Shown here piece by piece: positions 8,802-15,610 of a DNA stretch of 16,744 nucleotides. The stretch is from a virus (lineage: Duplodnaviria > Heunggongvirae > Uroviricota > Caudoviricetes): IMG/VR virus record IMGVR_UViG_2617270976_000015, positions 1-16,744 of that record. One strand, 5' to 3'. The translations under genes and the position numbers were made by a program. The notes beneath the pieces were generated by a model. It worked only from the letters and a program-made list of their open reading frames with translations. It was not told the DNA's origin and did not search any database. How positions within the stretch are numbered: position 1 is the stretch's first letter; every line of letters begins with the position of its first letter.

Positions 8802-9442
8802 TTGTCAGCTCCTTTGCGAATCTGTTCCGCCCATTCTTCAAGGGATTTCTCCGCATATTCACCGGACAGGCCATCAATCGGGTGCGGTTCATTAGCCAAC
8901 TCTTCTTTCGCTGACAGAATCATGCGCGTAACGTCGAAAACTTCACGTAAAGACTTATTGATAAATCCGTGATTGAACGCAGCAGCAAGACGGCTTGCGG
9001 TATAGTTAATCCCCTCGTTGCGAGCCTCCGCCCGAATTTCAGCCGTGAAGGCGTCGGTTGCTGACATAGACAGTGCTGATTTAGCATCAAACATGAGCGA
9101 CGCTGCGGGATTGATTGACTTCTCCTCTGGAGAAATACCGCTCATTGCAAATTGGTTTATCATGCGTTCAACCACTTCACGCAATGCCGCATTCTCCGCC
9201 GCCAGCGCCGAAAACTTCTCGTGTGCCAACTTAACAGCTGCATCAGCCTGCTTAATTGACTCAATCGCTTTCTGCTGGTCTTCGGCCATCGCATTAGCAC
9301 GCACCAGTTGCACTTCCAGTTGCGTTGCCAAATCGCTGATCAGCTTTGCCACACTGCGCATATCAACGGCACCACATTCTGCTTTCAGTTCCGAAGCCAT
9401 CTCATGCCCGGCGGCAACTAACCCTTTGATATTACTTTCCAT
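8798..9442 (-). CDS. hypothetical cytoplasmic helical protein (214 aa), nin-position gene
   Basis: ATG 9442 with GAGGG RBS; predicted helical with Ala/Glu/Lys-rich coiled-coil-like segments; no Cys-rich zinc-finger as in lambda Q. Confidence 0.5.
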   Translation of the reverse strand: MESNIKGLVAAGHEMASELKAECGAVDMRSVAKLISDLATQLEVQLVRANAMAEDQQKAIESIKQADAAVKLAHEKFSALAAENAALREVVERMINQFAMSGISPEEKSINPAASLMFDAKSALSMSATDAFTAEIRAEARNEGINYTASRLAAAFNHGFINKSLREVFDVTRMILSAKEELANEPHPIDGLSGEYAEKSLEEWAEQIRKGADK

Positions 9443-9503
9443 CTTTACCCTCGCTTATCCACATAACTTATTGATTGCATTGATAACTAAAAAGATCGTC
9501 GAT

Positions 9504-9848
9504 TCAGAACTCTTCGATGTTCCAGCCACCACCTGCTTTCTTTGGTTTAACCGTTACCCCGATGATTCGGAACGGATACTGATCTGCGGCGACTTTGGTT
9601 TTCACCCTGGCGTCGTCGGTCCAGAAACCTTTCACTTCGTGCAGTTCCATCTCGCCGGTGGCGAGCATCACAGCAAAATCGGGCGTATAGAACGTGTTGT
9701 CAGCTAACCGCAGCTTGATACCCTCAAATCGATACCAGACGATTTCTCCTGCACGTTTACGCAACTCAAGGTGCTGGCAATACGCAGATTCTGTTTTGTT
9801 CATCTGGCCTGTTTTGAGTCGACCAAGAGCCTGTATCTGTTTTCTCAT
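9504..9848 (-). CDS. small PD-(D/E)XK-motif protein (DUF1064-like), putative nuclease
   Basis: ATG 9848; motifs YTPDFAV and ELHEVKG fit a PD...(D/E)xK nuclease core; position just after the replication genes. Family name is from memory. Confidence 0.5.
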   Translation of the reverse strand: MRKQIQALGRLKTGQMNKTESAYCQHLELRKRAGEIVWYRFEGIKLRLADNTFYTPDFAVMLATGEMELHEVKGFWTDDARVKTKVAADQYPFRIIGVTVKPKKAGGGWNIEEF

Positions 9849-9851
9849 AAT

Positions 9852-9929
9852 TTACCCCTGAGGTAATTAAAAACCACATAAGACACGAAATCAATATGGT
9901 TTAGAATATTTTGTTACCCAGCAGGTAAC
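9852..9929 (-). promoter_or_regulatory. operator-promoter-operator unit: two TTACC-N5-GGTAA palindromes (9852-9866, 9913-9929) flanking a leftward -35 TTGATT / -10 TTTAAT
   Basis: Both palindromes match the operator consensus found at the repressor gene perfectly; their centres are 62 bp apart, the same spacing as the pL-like pair at 12957-13033. The -35/-10 reading is approximate. Confidence 0.5.
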
Positions 9930-9965
9930 TATCAAGGCGTAAAAAAATGCGCTATCGCGCTGGTA

Positions 9966-10766
9966 TTACTTGATAAATCCTGCCGCCTTTCCCCGCCTGT
10001 ATTCCTCCATCAGCCACTGTGCCGGTGTTATTCCCCCCAATGTGGCGGCGTTAGGCATACACCCGAAACTTCGCCCTGGTGGATGGTAAACGTCTCTCCC
10101 TGTGTCCGGAGGCGTACTCATGGGTTCTGGCTTTGCCTGTATGCTGATCACCGGATCGGGTATCTGCTGTCCGGAAGCTACCTTTTTCGCCCAATCATCG
10201 AGCAGCCTGCGCGCGTGTTTCTCAACCTCAATCTCGCTAAACTGGCGCTGATACATTGCACGGCGGGTATCACATACGACCCAGTACATAACCGGATGTC
10301 GCCACGGGAATCTTTCGGGACCACCAGGATATAAACTTTTTTCCTTGCTGTACCGGTGAAACTCCGCCATCACATCGTCAATGGTGACGCCAAGAACCAT
10401 CTTGCTGTCTTTACACCACTTGATGAATTGCCCTGGCGACGGCCAGAACGGAGATTCACTGGCGCGGGCGTGGCGCATACCAGCAGAAACCTGTTCACGG
10501 GTTCGGATCCCCCCTTCGGCAAACGCAGCAATCCACTGCTGTTTTGCAGCAACTTCCTGCTCTGGAGTCTTCAGGTTGGTTACTACTGCCGCCGGAAACA
10601 GTTGTTTCAGCTGTTTGAAAAGGGCATCAACAAGCCTCTCTGCTGACATGTTCACCACATTGTCATTGTTGACGTACTGATGCTCATAACCTGACATGCG
10701 AGAAAGGGCTTCTCCGTCACGGTTTTGTATCGCGGTAAAAACGTTGTTCACAAGAAATCCTCCCAC
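9966..10766 (-). CDS. lambda P-like replication protein (DnaB helicase loader)
   Basis: Conserved block WIAAFAEGGIRTREQVSAGMRHARASESPFWPSPGQFIKWC parallels lambda P (…NGITTMEQVNAGMRVARRQNRPFLPSPGQFVAWC) as I recall it. Start taken as the GTG at 10766, overlapping the O-like stop; the start is uncertain. Confidence 0.8.
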   Translation of the reverse strand: MGGFLVNNVFTAIQNRDGEALSRMSGYEHQYVNNDNVVNMSAERLVDALFKQLKQLFPAAVVTNLKTPEQEVAAKQQWIAAFAEGGIRTREQVSAGMRHARASESPFWPSPGQFIKWCKDSKMVLGVTIDDVMAEFHRYSKEKSLYPGGPERFPWRHPVMYWVVCDTRRAMYQRQFSEIEVEKHARRLLDDWAKKVASGQQIPDPVISIQAKPEPMSTPPDTGRDVYHPPGRSFGCMPNAATLGGITPAQWLMEEYRRGKAAGFIK

Positions 10767-11563
10767 GCTTCAGGGCTGTTCCAGTGCGGAACGTTGTTAT
10801 CAGGTAATGTTGATTGCTTCTGTCTGCTAATCTGCAGCCGCCTTGCCAGCTTCTGCTCCCACTGTGCCTGATGGTATGCCTTACCCTCAGCCATCCAGTA
10901 AATTCTGAACTCTGCAAGCTCCTGTGCCGTTGGCAGACTGTCCAGGTAGATCCCCTGCAATGAGCTTTTCCGAAGAAAGTCATCTGATGGCTGCCATTGT
11001 TCATGCATGACAAATTTGCCTAATTGCCCTGGCCCACCAGGAGGAACAAAGTTATTCATCACGGCGTTGTTTGCGCCGGGGTCATGAGGCACAGAATCCC
11101 CGCTTTTTGTCCTGCTCTCCCTCTCTTGGTTAAATGACTGGTTATATGACTGGTTCTGGATCCCGTTTTTGGGATCATTCAACATCCCGTTTTTGGGATC
11201 ATTCAACATCCCGTTTTTGGGTATATTCCCGTTTTCGGTAACATTACCGTTTTCGGGTTCATTACCCCCTTCCCGGTTGCCTTTAATGTTTCCGTTTTTG
11301 GTTATATTAAGAGAGAAAACCCGCACTCTTTTCGTCGCACCCTTTCTCTCTCCGGTATCTGAAATAAGCCCCATTTTCATGAGCGATATAAGCCCGGCCT
11401 GCACGGTTTTTTTATTCAGGCAAGTGTCTTTAACGAGGCGTTCTATGCTGGGGTAGCAGAGGTTATATTCATCGGCTCTGTCAGCCATCGAGAGCAGTAT
11501 GAGCTTTAATGACGAGCTACCTGGATCTGTCTCCCAGGCCCAATCTGTTGCATGTCTGCTCAT
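10748..11563 (-). CDS. lambda O-like replication initiator (N-terminal HTH domain, internal repeat/iteron-encoding linker, C-terminal domain)
   Basis: ATG 11563 with GGAG RBS; N-terminal LKLILLSMADRADEYNLCYPSIERLVKDTCLNKKTVQAGLISLMKMGLI looks like a helix-turn-helix; the mid-gene tandem repeats encode NGMLNDPKNGMLNDPKNG; placed directly before the P-like gene. Confidence 0.7.
   Translation of the reverse strand: MSRHATDWAWETDPGSSSLKLILLSMADRADEYNLCYPSIERLVKDTCLNKKTVQAGLISLMKMGLISDTGERKGATKRVRVFSLNITKNGNIKGNREGGNEPENGNVTENGNIPKNGMLNDPKNGMLNDPKNGIQNQSYNQSFNQERESRTKSGDSVPHDPGANNAVMNNFVPPGGPGQLGKFVMHEQWQPSDDFLRKSSLQGIYLDSLPTAQELAEFRIYWMAEGKAYHQAQWEQKLARRLQISRQKQSTLPDNNVPHWNSPEAWEDFL
11161..11308. 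repeat. array of about 7 direct repeats (18-24 bp, core CCGTTTT(T)GG) inside the O-like gene; candidate replication-origin iterons
   Basis: Two perfect 24-bp units TCCCGTTTTTGGGATCATTCAACA at 11161-11184 and 11185-11208, then degenerate units to about 11308; a 10-bp direct repeat ATGACTGGTT x2 follows at 11133-11154. Confidence 0.65.
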
Positions 11564-11578
11564 GATTAATCTCCGCTA

Positions 11579-11779
11579 TCAGCTTGAATGTTGTGGGGAG
11601 GAATTAATCATGATCTGCTTAATCTCTGCCCTGATGCGACGGTTTGATTCCATAGTGCACTCAACACAGTGTCCGTTGTAAACCCAGCGTTCACTGTCAT
11701 GTCCGTGCTTACATGGTTTTCCGGTGTAGTAGCGTTTAAGTCCGCGCTTTGCGGCATCAATACGTGTAATAATTTCCAT
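11579..11779 (-). CDS. small zinc-ribbon-like protein at the cII position
   Basis: Cys/His cluster GKPCKHGHDSERWVYNGHCVEC; stop is 15 nt upstream of the O-like start. Start ambiguous: ATG 11779 chosen; the track ORF extends to a TTG at 11842. Confidence 0.4.
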   Translation of the reverse strand: MEIITRIDAAKRGLKRYYTGKPCKHGHDSERWVYNGHCVECTMESNRRIRAEIKQIMINSSPQHSS

Positions 11780-11888
11780 GGTAAGCCCTGTTATTAGTAT
11801 TGGGATTACGGTCATTTTGTGCTGACACAAAAAAAAGATCAACCAGATTTGGTTTTTTATTACCTTTGAGGTACGAATAGATATGAAA

Positions 11889-11908
11889 AGACCGCCGGAT
11901 GGCGGTCT
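11889..11908 (-). terminator. GC-rich hairpin after the cro-like gene (tR1-position terminator candidate)
   Basis: Perfect 8-bp stem AGACCGCC / GGCGGTCT with a 4-nt loop, 22 nt after the cro-like stop; followed on the minus strand by UUUCAUAUCUAUU, a weak U-tract. Confidence 0.4.
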
Positions 11909-11929
11909 ACAGAGGGTTGTGGATGGATA

Positions 11930-12160
11930 TCATGAGTAGAAGAAGTATGCCAGTTCTGCTTTTGAGCGCAGCCATTGTCTTGTTTTACAGGCTTTAAAAA
12001 GCCCATTCATCAATACTTTACCTGGCATTTTGCGCTTACCTGTTAAGTGAGTCTGGATATAATGACTCGTCGTTCCGGCTTCCTGTGCGAAGGCTTCACG
12101 CTCATCCGGAGTAAGTGCAAGCCAGTGCTTTTTGAAATCGAAATGTCCGTTATCGCTCAT
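11930..12160 (-). CDS. Cro-like small HTH regulator
   Basis: 76-aa protein divergent from the repressor gene across a 154-bp operator region; segment EAFAQEAGTTSHYIQTHLTGKRK resembles the Cro/CI-type HTH pattern; first gene of the cro - cII-position - O - P series. Confidence 0.5.
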   Translation of the reverse strand: MSDNGHFDFKKHWLALTPDEREAFAQEAGTTSHYIQTHLTGKRKMPGKVLMNGLFKACKTRQWLRSKAELAYFFYS

Positions 12161-12314
12161 AGCTATTGCCTGATATTTATTTCAGATAATAAATATTCAC
12201 CCATAAGGTAACAAAAATCAAGGATAGTTACCTGTGGGGTGCATTTACCTATTGGGTAATATTGCTTTAAATTGAATCATCTACTGATTCATATATGAGG
12301 CGATTTTCCAGAAA
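12161..12314. promoter_or_regulatory. divergent promoter/operator region (OR-like) between the cro-like and repressor genes
   Basis: Contains TCACC-cataa-GGTAA (12197-12211), half-site GTTACC (12227-12232) and perfect TTACC-tattg-GGTAA (12245-12259); AT-rich promoter-like sequence on both strands. Confidence 0.6.
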
Positions 12315-12899
12315 ATGAAAAGTATCCAGGACGTCCGCAGGCAAAATCTCAACGACTTGATCGACCGTGAATTCAATGGTGTTCAGACGCGGATGGCTGA
12401 AAAACTTGGAACTCAGGCAAATCTGGTAAACCGCTGGGCTCTTGGCAAGAAGGTTATCGGCGACCAGGTTGCGCGAAAAATTGAAGCTGCCGCCAATAAA
12501 CCCCGTAACTGGCTTGATATCGATCGCTCGCTTTCTCAGGAAGGTTTTCAGCCTGTCGGCCCAAGCGACATTGGTCAGCTGGCGGCTCACAACCTGGAAC
12601 GCTGGATGAGCGAAAGCCGCGACCTTTCAACACAGGGAAAACTTCACCGCGCATCCGGCGTCGCCCAGGTGACAATCAGCCGCCTGTTAAACAATGAGGT
12701 CAGCGTTTCCATTTCCACCCTGGAGAATGTTGCATCTGCATTCGGGCGTCACGGATATGAACTACTGATTCACCCGCACGACCCTGCAACTATCAACTAT
12801 GACCGCTCGCGCTACGCATTGTTACCTGAAACCGAGAAAGCAAAGATCGAAAGTTACATTGAATTTGTCATCAACCAGAACGAAAAAAACAAACAATAA
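12315..12899 (+). CDS. prophage repressor (CI-like function), HTH protein without a recognisable S24 autopeptidase domain
   Basis: N-terminal HTH-like segment GVQTRMAEKLGTQANLVNRWALGKK and a second HTH-like segment ASGVAQVTISRLLNNEVSVSISTLENVASAF; divergent from the cro-like gene; flanked by the palindromic operators; I do not see the Ser/Lys motifs of LexA/CI-type C-terminal domains. Confidence 0.65.
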   Translation: MKSIQDVRRQNLNDLIDREFNGVQTRMAEKLGTQANLVNRWALGKKVIGDQVARKIEAAANKPRNWLDIDRSLSQEGFQPVGPSDIGQLAAHNLERWMSESRDLSTQGKLHRASGVAQVTISRLLNNEVSVSISTLENVASAFGRHGYELLIHPHDPATINYDRSRYALLPETEKAKIESYIEFVINQNEKNKQ

Positions 12900-12919
12900 A
12901 ATAATACTTTTCAGTAAGT

Positions 12920-12943
12920 AAGCCGCCTTCTGGTGGCTTTTTT
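12920..12943 (+). terminator. rho-independent terminator after the repressor gene
   Basis: Stem AAGCCGCC / GGTGGCTT (one G-U pair) with loop TTCT, followed by TTTTTT. Confidence 0.65.
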
Positions 12944-12956
12944 ATTGCCTATACTA

Positions 12957-13033
12957 TTACCTAATGGGTAATTTTTTTAACTCATATCTATTGACACCAA
13001 ACCAAATACGCATAATTATTACCTCAACGGTAA
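12957..13033 (+). promoter_or_regulatory. pL-like early promoter flanked by two operators (TTACC-taatg-GGTAA 12957-12971; TTACC-tcaac-GGTAA 13019-13033), -35 TTGACA at 12991-12996
   Basis: Two perfect 15-bp palindromes 62 bp apart bracketing a consensus -35 hexamer and an AT-rich -10 region, directly upstream of the first early ORF (13053). Confidence 0.6.
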
Positions 13034-13052
13034 CAGACCGAGGTAACAAGTT

Positions 13053-13205
13053 ATGCAGTGGAAAATCATCAACGGTTGGTACTGCGTTACTGCATGCGGA
13101 TTCATGAGCTGGAAGTTCCGCACCTTACAGGAAGGCATTAAGTGGGCTTTCGTCAGCAAAGAAGCTCGCGATGTGGCCAACGATAACGAGATATGGGAGG
13201 GCTGA
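13053..13205 (+). CDS. small Trp-rich protein (50 aa), first gene of the pL-like operon
   Basis: Not in the ORF track (under 60 aa). ATG 13053 with GAGGT 8 nt upstream; stop TGA immediately precedes the next gene's ATG; translation MQWKIINGWYCVTACGFMSWKFRTLQEGIKWAFVSKEARDVANDNEIWEG. Confidence 0.45.
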   Translation: MQWKIINGWYCVTACGFMSWKFRTLQEGIKWAFVSKEARDVANDNEIWEG

Positions 13206-13207
13206 TA

Positions 13208-13507
13208 ATGAACGTTAATCAGCAGAAAAATCTTCAAAAAATCATGCTGGTATTCGACAAGGACTACCGCCTGTCAGAACAGCTATATGACCGACAAGTT
13301 GAACTGATTGAGAGCATCCGACTTCATCAAATGTCCTCAACTTTTGACGCTGTAACAGGCAAAGGAGTTCGCCAGGAAGTGCTGGAGGCAGCTAAAGACA
13401 GCCCTGAGTTCGAAGAACTTATGGATGCCTACCGGCGCGAGGCAATGGCAATTATCGCCCGCTGGGATCTGGCGGATCAGCTTGATGGACAGAGGGACGC
13501 GGCATGA
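13208..13507 (+). CDS. hypothetical early protein (about 99 aa) in the position occupied by gam in lambda
   Basis: ATG 13208 with GGGAGG 8 nt upstream (track ORF starts at 13193); acidic helical protein; stop overlaps the start of the exonuclease gene (ATGA). Confidence 0.5.
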   Translation: MNVNQQKNLQKIMLVFDKDYRLSEQLYDRQVELIESIRLHQMSSTFDAVTGKGVRQEVLEAAKDSPEFEELMDAYRREAMAIIARWDLADQLDGQRDAA

Positions 13508-14325
13508 ATCCGGGAATTTATTTCGATATCAGCAACGAAGACTACCACGCCGGTGACGGCGTGAGTAAGTCGCAACTGGACATGGTTGCCAAGAATCCGG
13601 CGCTTCTTAAATGGGTTCAGGCAGCACCAGAAGACGAAGAGAAAAAGTCTGCACTGGCTATGGGAACCGCATTGCACTGTCTGCTTCTGGAGCCTGGAGA
13701 GTTCGACAAACGCTTCATTGTTTCACCGAAATTCGATCGTCGGACGAAACAAGGTAAAGCTGACGAAGAGGCATTTCTTCGTGATGTGGCGGATATGGGG
13801 ATTACGGTACTTGATGCCGAGCAGTGGCGGAAACTGGAGCTGATGCGTGATAGCGCAATAGCTCATCCGGCGGCACGCTGGATGTTGGAAGCACCTGGTT
13901 ACTGCGAAGCATCAATGTACTGGAACGATGAAGAGACGGGTGAGTTGTGCCGAATTCGTCCAGACAAATGGCTGAACGAGCACAACGTGATCGTCGACGT
14001 GAAAAAGGTTGCAGATATTGACCGTTTTGCACGCCACATCGAGGAATTCCGCTACCACGTGCAGGACGCAATGTACCGCGAAGGCGCAATGAGGGTTACT
14101 GGTCAGCCGCATGGTTTTTTCTTTCTTGCCGTGAGCGAAAGCATTGATTGTGGTCGGTATCCGGTACGCGTGTTCGAGCTGGATGCGCCAGATGTCGATG
14201 CCGGGCACGCTCTGTTCCGCCGGGATCTGAATACCTATCACGAATGCCGCATCAACGATGAATGGGGCGGAGTGGAAATTATTAAACGCCCTGACTGGGC
14301 ACGTAAACAGGATATGTACGTATGA
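13504..14325 (+). CDS. PD-(D/E)XK-family recombination exonuclease (exonuclease VIII-like / DUF3799-type), partner of the annealing protein
   Basis: Motif region RIRPDKW...IVDVKK fits a D...(D/E)xK nuclease core; translationally coupled to the downstream Bet/RecT-like gene. Does not resemble lambda Exo as I recall it. Confidence 0.6.
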   Translation: MNPGIYFDISNEDYHAGDGVSKSQLDMVAKNPALLKWVQAAPEDEEKKSALAMGTALHCLLLEPGEFDKRFIVSPKFDRRTKQGKADEEAFLRDVADMGITVLDAEQWRKLELMRDSAIAHPAARWMLEAPGYCEASMYWNDEETGELCRIRPDKWLNEHNVIVDVKKVADIDRFARHIEEFRYHVQDAMYREGAMRVTGQPHGFFFLAVSESIDCGRYPVRVFELDAPDVDAGHALFRRDLNTYHECRINDEWGGVEIIKRPDWARKQDMYV

Positions 14326-15203
14326 GCAATGATATCGCAATCACATCACAACCAGGCGCAACTGTAGGCACTGCTGCGGCAATATTCAGCCCCGAGGGCA
14401 TGAATCAACTGGTTCGTTTCGCGGAGTTGATGTCACAAAGCAAAGCGACTGTACCGAAACATCTTGAAGGCAAACCTGCCGATTGTCTGGCGGTGACCAT
14501 GCAGGCGGCACAGTGGGGAATGAACCCTTTCGCCGTGGCGCAGAAAACGCATGTGGTAAACGGAACGTTAGGCTACGAAGCACAGTTGGTAAACGCGGTC
14601 GTATCCTCTTCCAGCCTGCTAGCGACACGCCTGAATTATCGCTGGAGCGGTGACTGGTCGAATGTTAACGGCAAAACAGATAAATCACCGAATCTGACGG
14701 TAACTGTGTCAGCAGTTCTTAAAGGAGAAGCAGAACCCCGTGAGCTTACCATCAGTATGGCGCAAGCCGGAGTGCGTAACTCTCCATTGTGGGAACAGGA
14801 TCCGCGTCAGCAACTTGCCTATCTTTGCACGAAACGATGGGCTCGCCTGCACGCTCCTGATGTACTTCTCGGTGTTTACACACCAGACGAATTACAGGAA
14901 ACGGCACCGCGCGTTGAGCGAGACATTACTCCGCAAACGACCACTGCTGCGGGAATGAACAGTCTGATCAACGCTAAACCAGCGAAAAAGCCTGATGAGC
15001 AAACGCGTAAAGCGGATAGCCGTGATCCAGAAGAAATGCTGATGGCCTTTACCAGCGCAGCGATGAATTACAGCACTGTCTCCGAACTGGATAAGGCTTA
15101 CAAATACATTGCACAAAAACTTTCAGATGATGACGAACTGCTGGCAAAAGCCACCGACGTTTACAGCGTTCGTCGGGAAGAATTAAACGAAACATCTATG
15201 TAA
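14322..15203 (+). CDS. single-strand annealing protein of the Bet/RecT (Red-beta) family
   Basis: Segments ADCLAVTMQAAQWGMNPF and ETAPRVERDITPQTT parallel lambda Bet (DAQFIALLIVANQYGLNPW, TAERQPERDITPVNDET) as I recall it. Confidence 0.75.
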   Translation: MSNDIAITSQPGATVGTAAAIFSPEGMNQLVRFAELMSQSKATVPKHLEGKPADCLAVTMQAAQWGMNPFAVAQKTHVVNGTLGYEAQLVNAVVSSSSLLATRLNYRWSGDWSNVNGKTDKSPNLTVTVSAVLKGEAEPRELTISMAQAGVRNSPLWEQDPRQQLAYLCTKRWARLHAPDVLLGVYTPDELQETAPRVERDITPQTTTAAGMNSLINAKPAKKPDEQTRKADSRDPEEMLMAFTSAAMNYSTVSELDKAYKYIAQKLSDDDELLAKATDVYSVRREELNETSM

Positions 15204-15252
15204 CCACCACCGCGGCGCCACGCGCGCCGCACTGCAACCAAGAGAGGTATTT

Positions 15253-15501
15253 ATGAAAGGTGCATTAGGTAAGAAGGAACTCCTGGCGGTGGTGCCACTG
15301 TCATGGAGCACTATCGACCGTATGGAGCGCGCAGGGGAATTTCCTAAACGCTGGTATATCACCGATAAACGCTGCGCATGGAACCGTGATGAAGTTGAGC
15401 GTTGGCTTGATGAACGTCAGGCAGCAAGCCCGGCAGAGTTCCAGGGTAAAAAACCTCCTGTTCAGCAACGTGTATATCGTCCCGTGAGCAACGCGGCATG
15501 A
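15253..15501 (+). CDS. AlpA-family HTH DNA-binding protein (prophage regulatory / excisionase-like)
   Basis: 82 aa; pattern LSWSTIDRMERAGEFPKRWYITDKRCAWNRDEVERWL matches the AlpA/Xis-type winged-helix signature (STIYR...G.FP......W...EV..W); AGAGAGG RBS. Confidence 0.65.
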   Translation: MKGALGKKELLAVVPLSWSTIDRMERAGEFPKRWYITDKRCAWNRDEVERWLDERQAASPAEFQGKKPPVQQRVYRPVSNAA

Positions 15502-15610
15502 GTGTGCTGCTAAGGCACTGGAGCAAATGGTCAGGATGGTACTTATTCCTGGCCTCTGTTTCAGCATGGCTTTATCTGCTGGCATTAATTTTCAGAGAGG
15601 GTTGGATTAA

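Noticed and set aside
8798-9442. Calling the 214-aa protein a Q antiterminator
   Set aside because: It lacks the Cys-rich zinc-binding motif I associate with lambda Q and I recognise no Q-family similarity; kept as a hypothetical protein.
8575-9707. ORFs 8575..8895 (+), 8689..8892 (-), 8748..8972 (+) and 9018..9707 (+)
   Set aside because: Overlap the better-supported 136-aa and 214-aa minus-strand genes; compositions are the Ala/Cys/Ser-rich mirror of the Ala-rich coding strand.
10083-11013. ORFs 10083..10334, 10356..10646, 10381..10680 (+), 10370..10552 and 10717..11013 (-)
   Set aside because: Alternative frames within the P-like and O-like genes.
11169-11681. Plus-strand ORFs 11169..11456 and 11499..11681
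   Set aside because: Antisense to the O-like gene; the first is just the repeat array read on the opposite strand (repetitive FLG/FNIP translation).
12267-12675. Minus-strand ORFs 12267..12590 and 12454..12675
   Set aside because: Antisense to the repressor gene, which has HTH features and sits in the expected divergent arrangement.
13019-13237. 72-aa minus-strand ORF across the pL-like promoter region
   Set aside because: Overlaps the operators and promoter and the well-supported plus-strand small ORF; no RBS.
13477-15116. ORFs 13477..13677 (-), 13586..13843 (+), 13802..14089 (-), 13912..14340 (-), 14386..14628 (-), 14740..14958 (+) and 14892..15116 (-)
   Set aside because: All lie within the coupled exonuclease and Bet/RecT-like genes in other frames or antisense.
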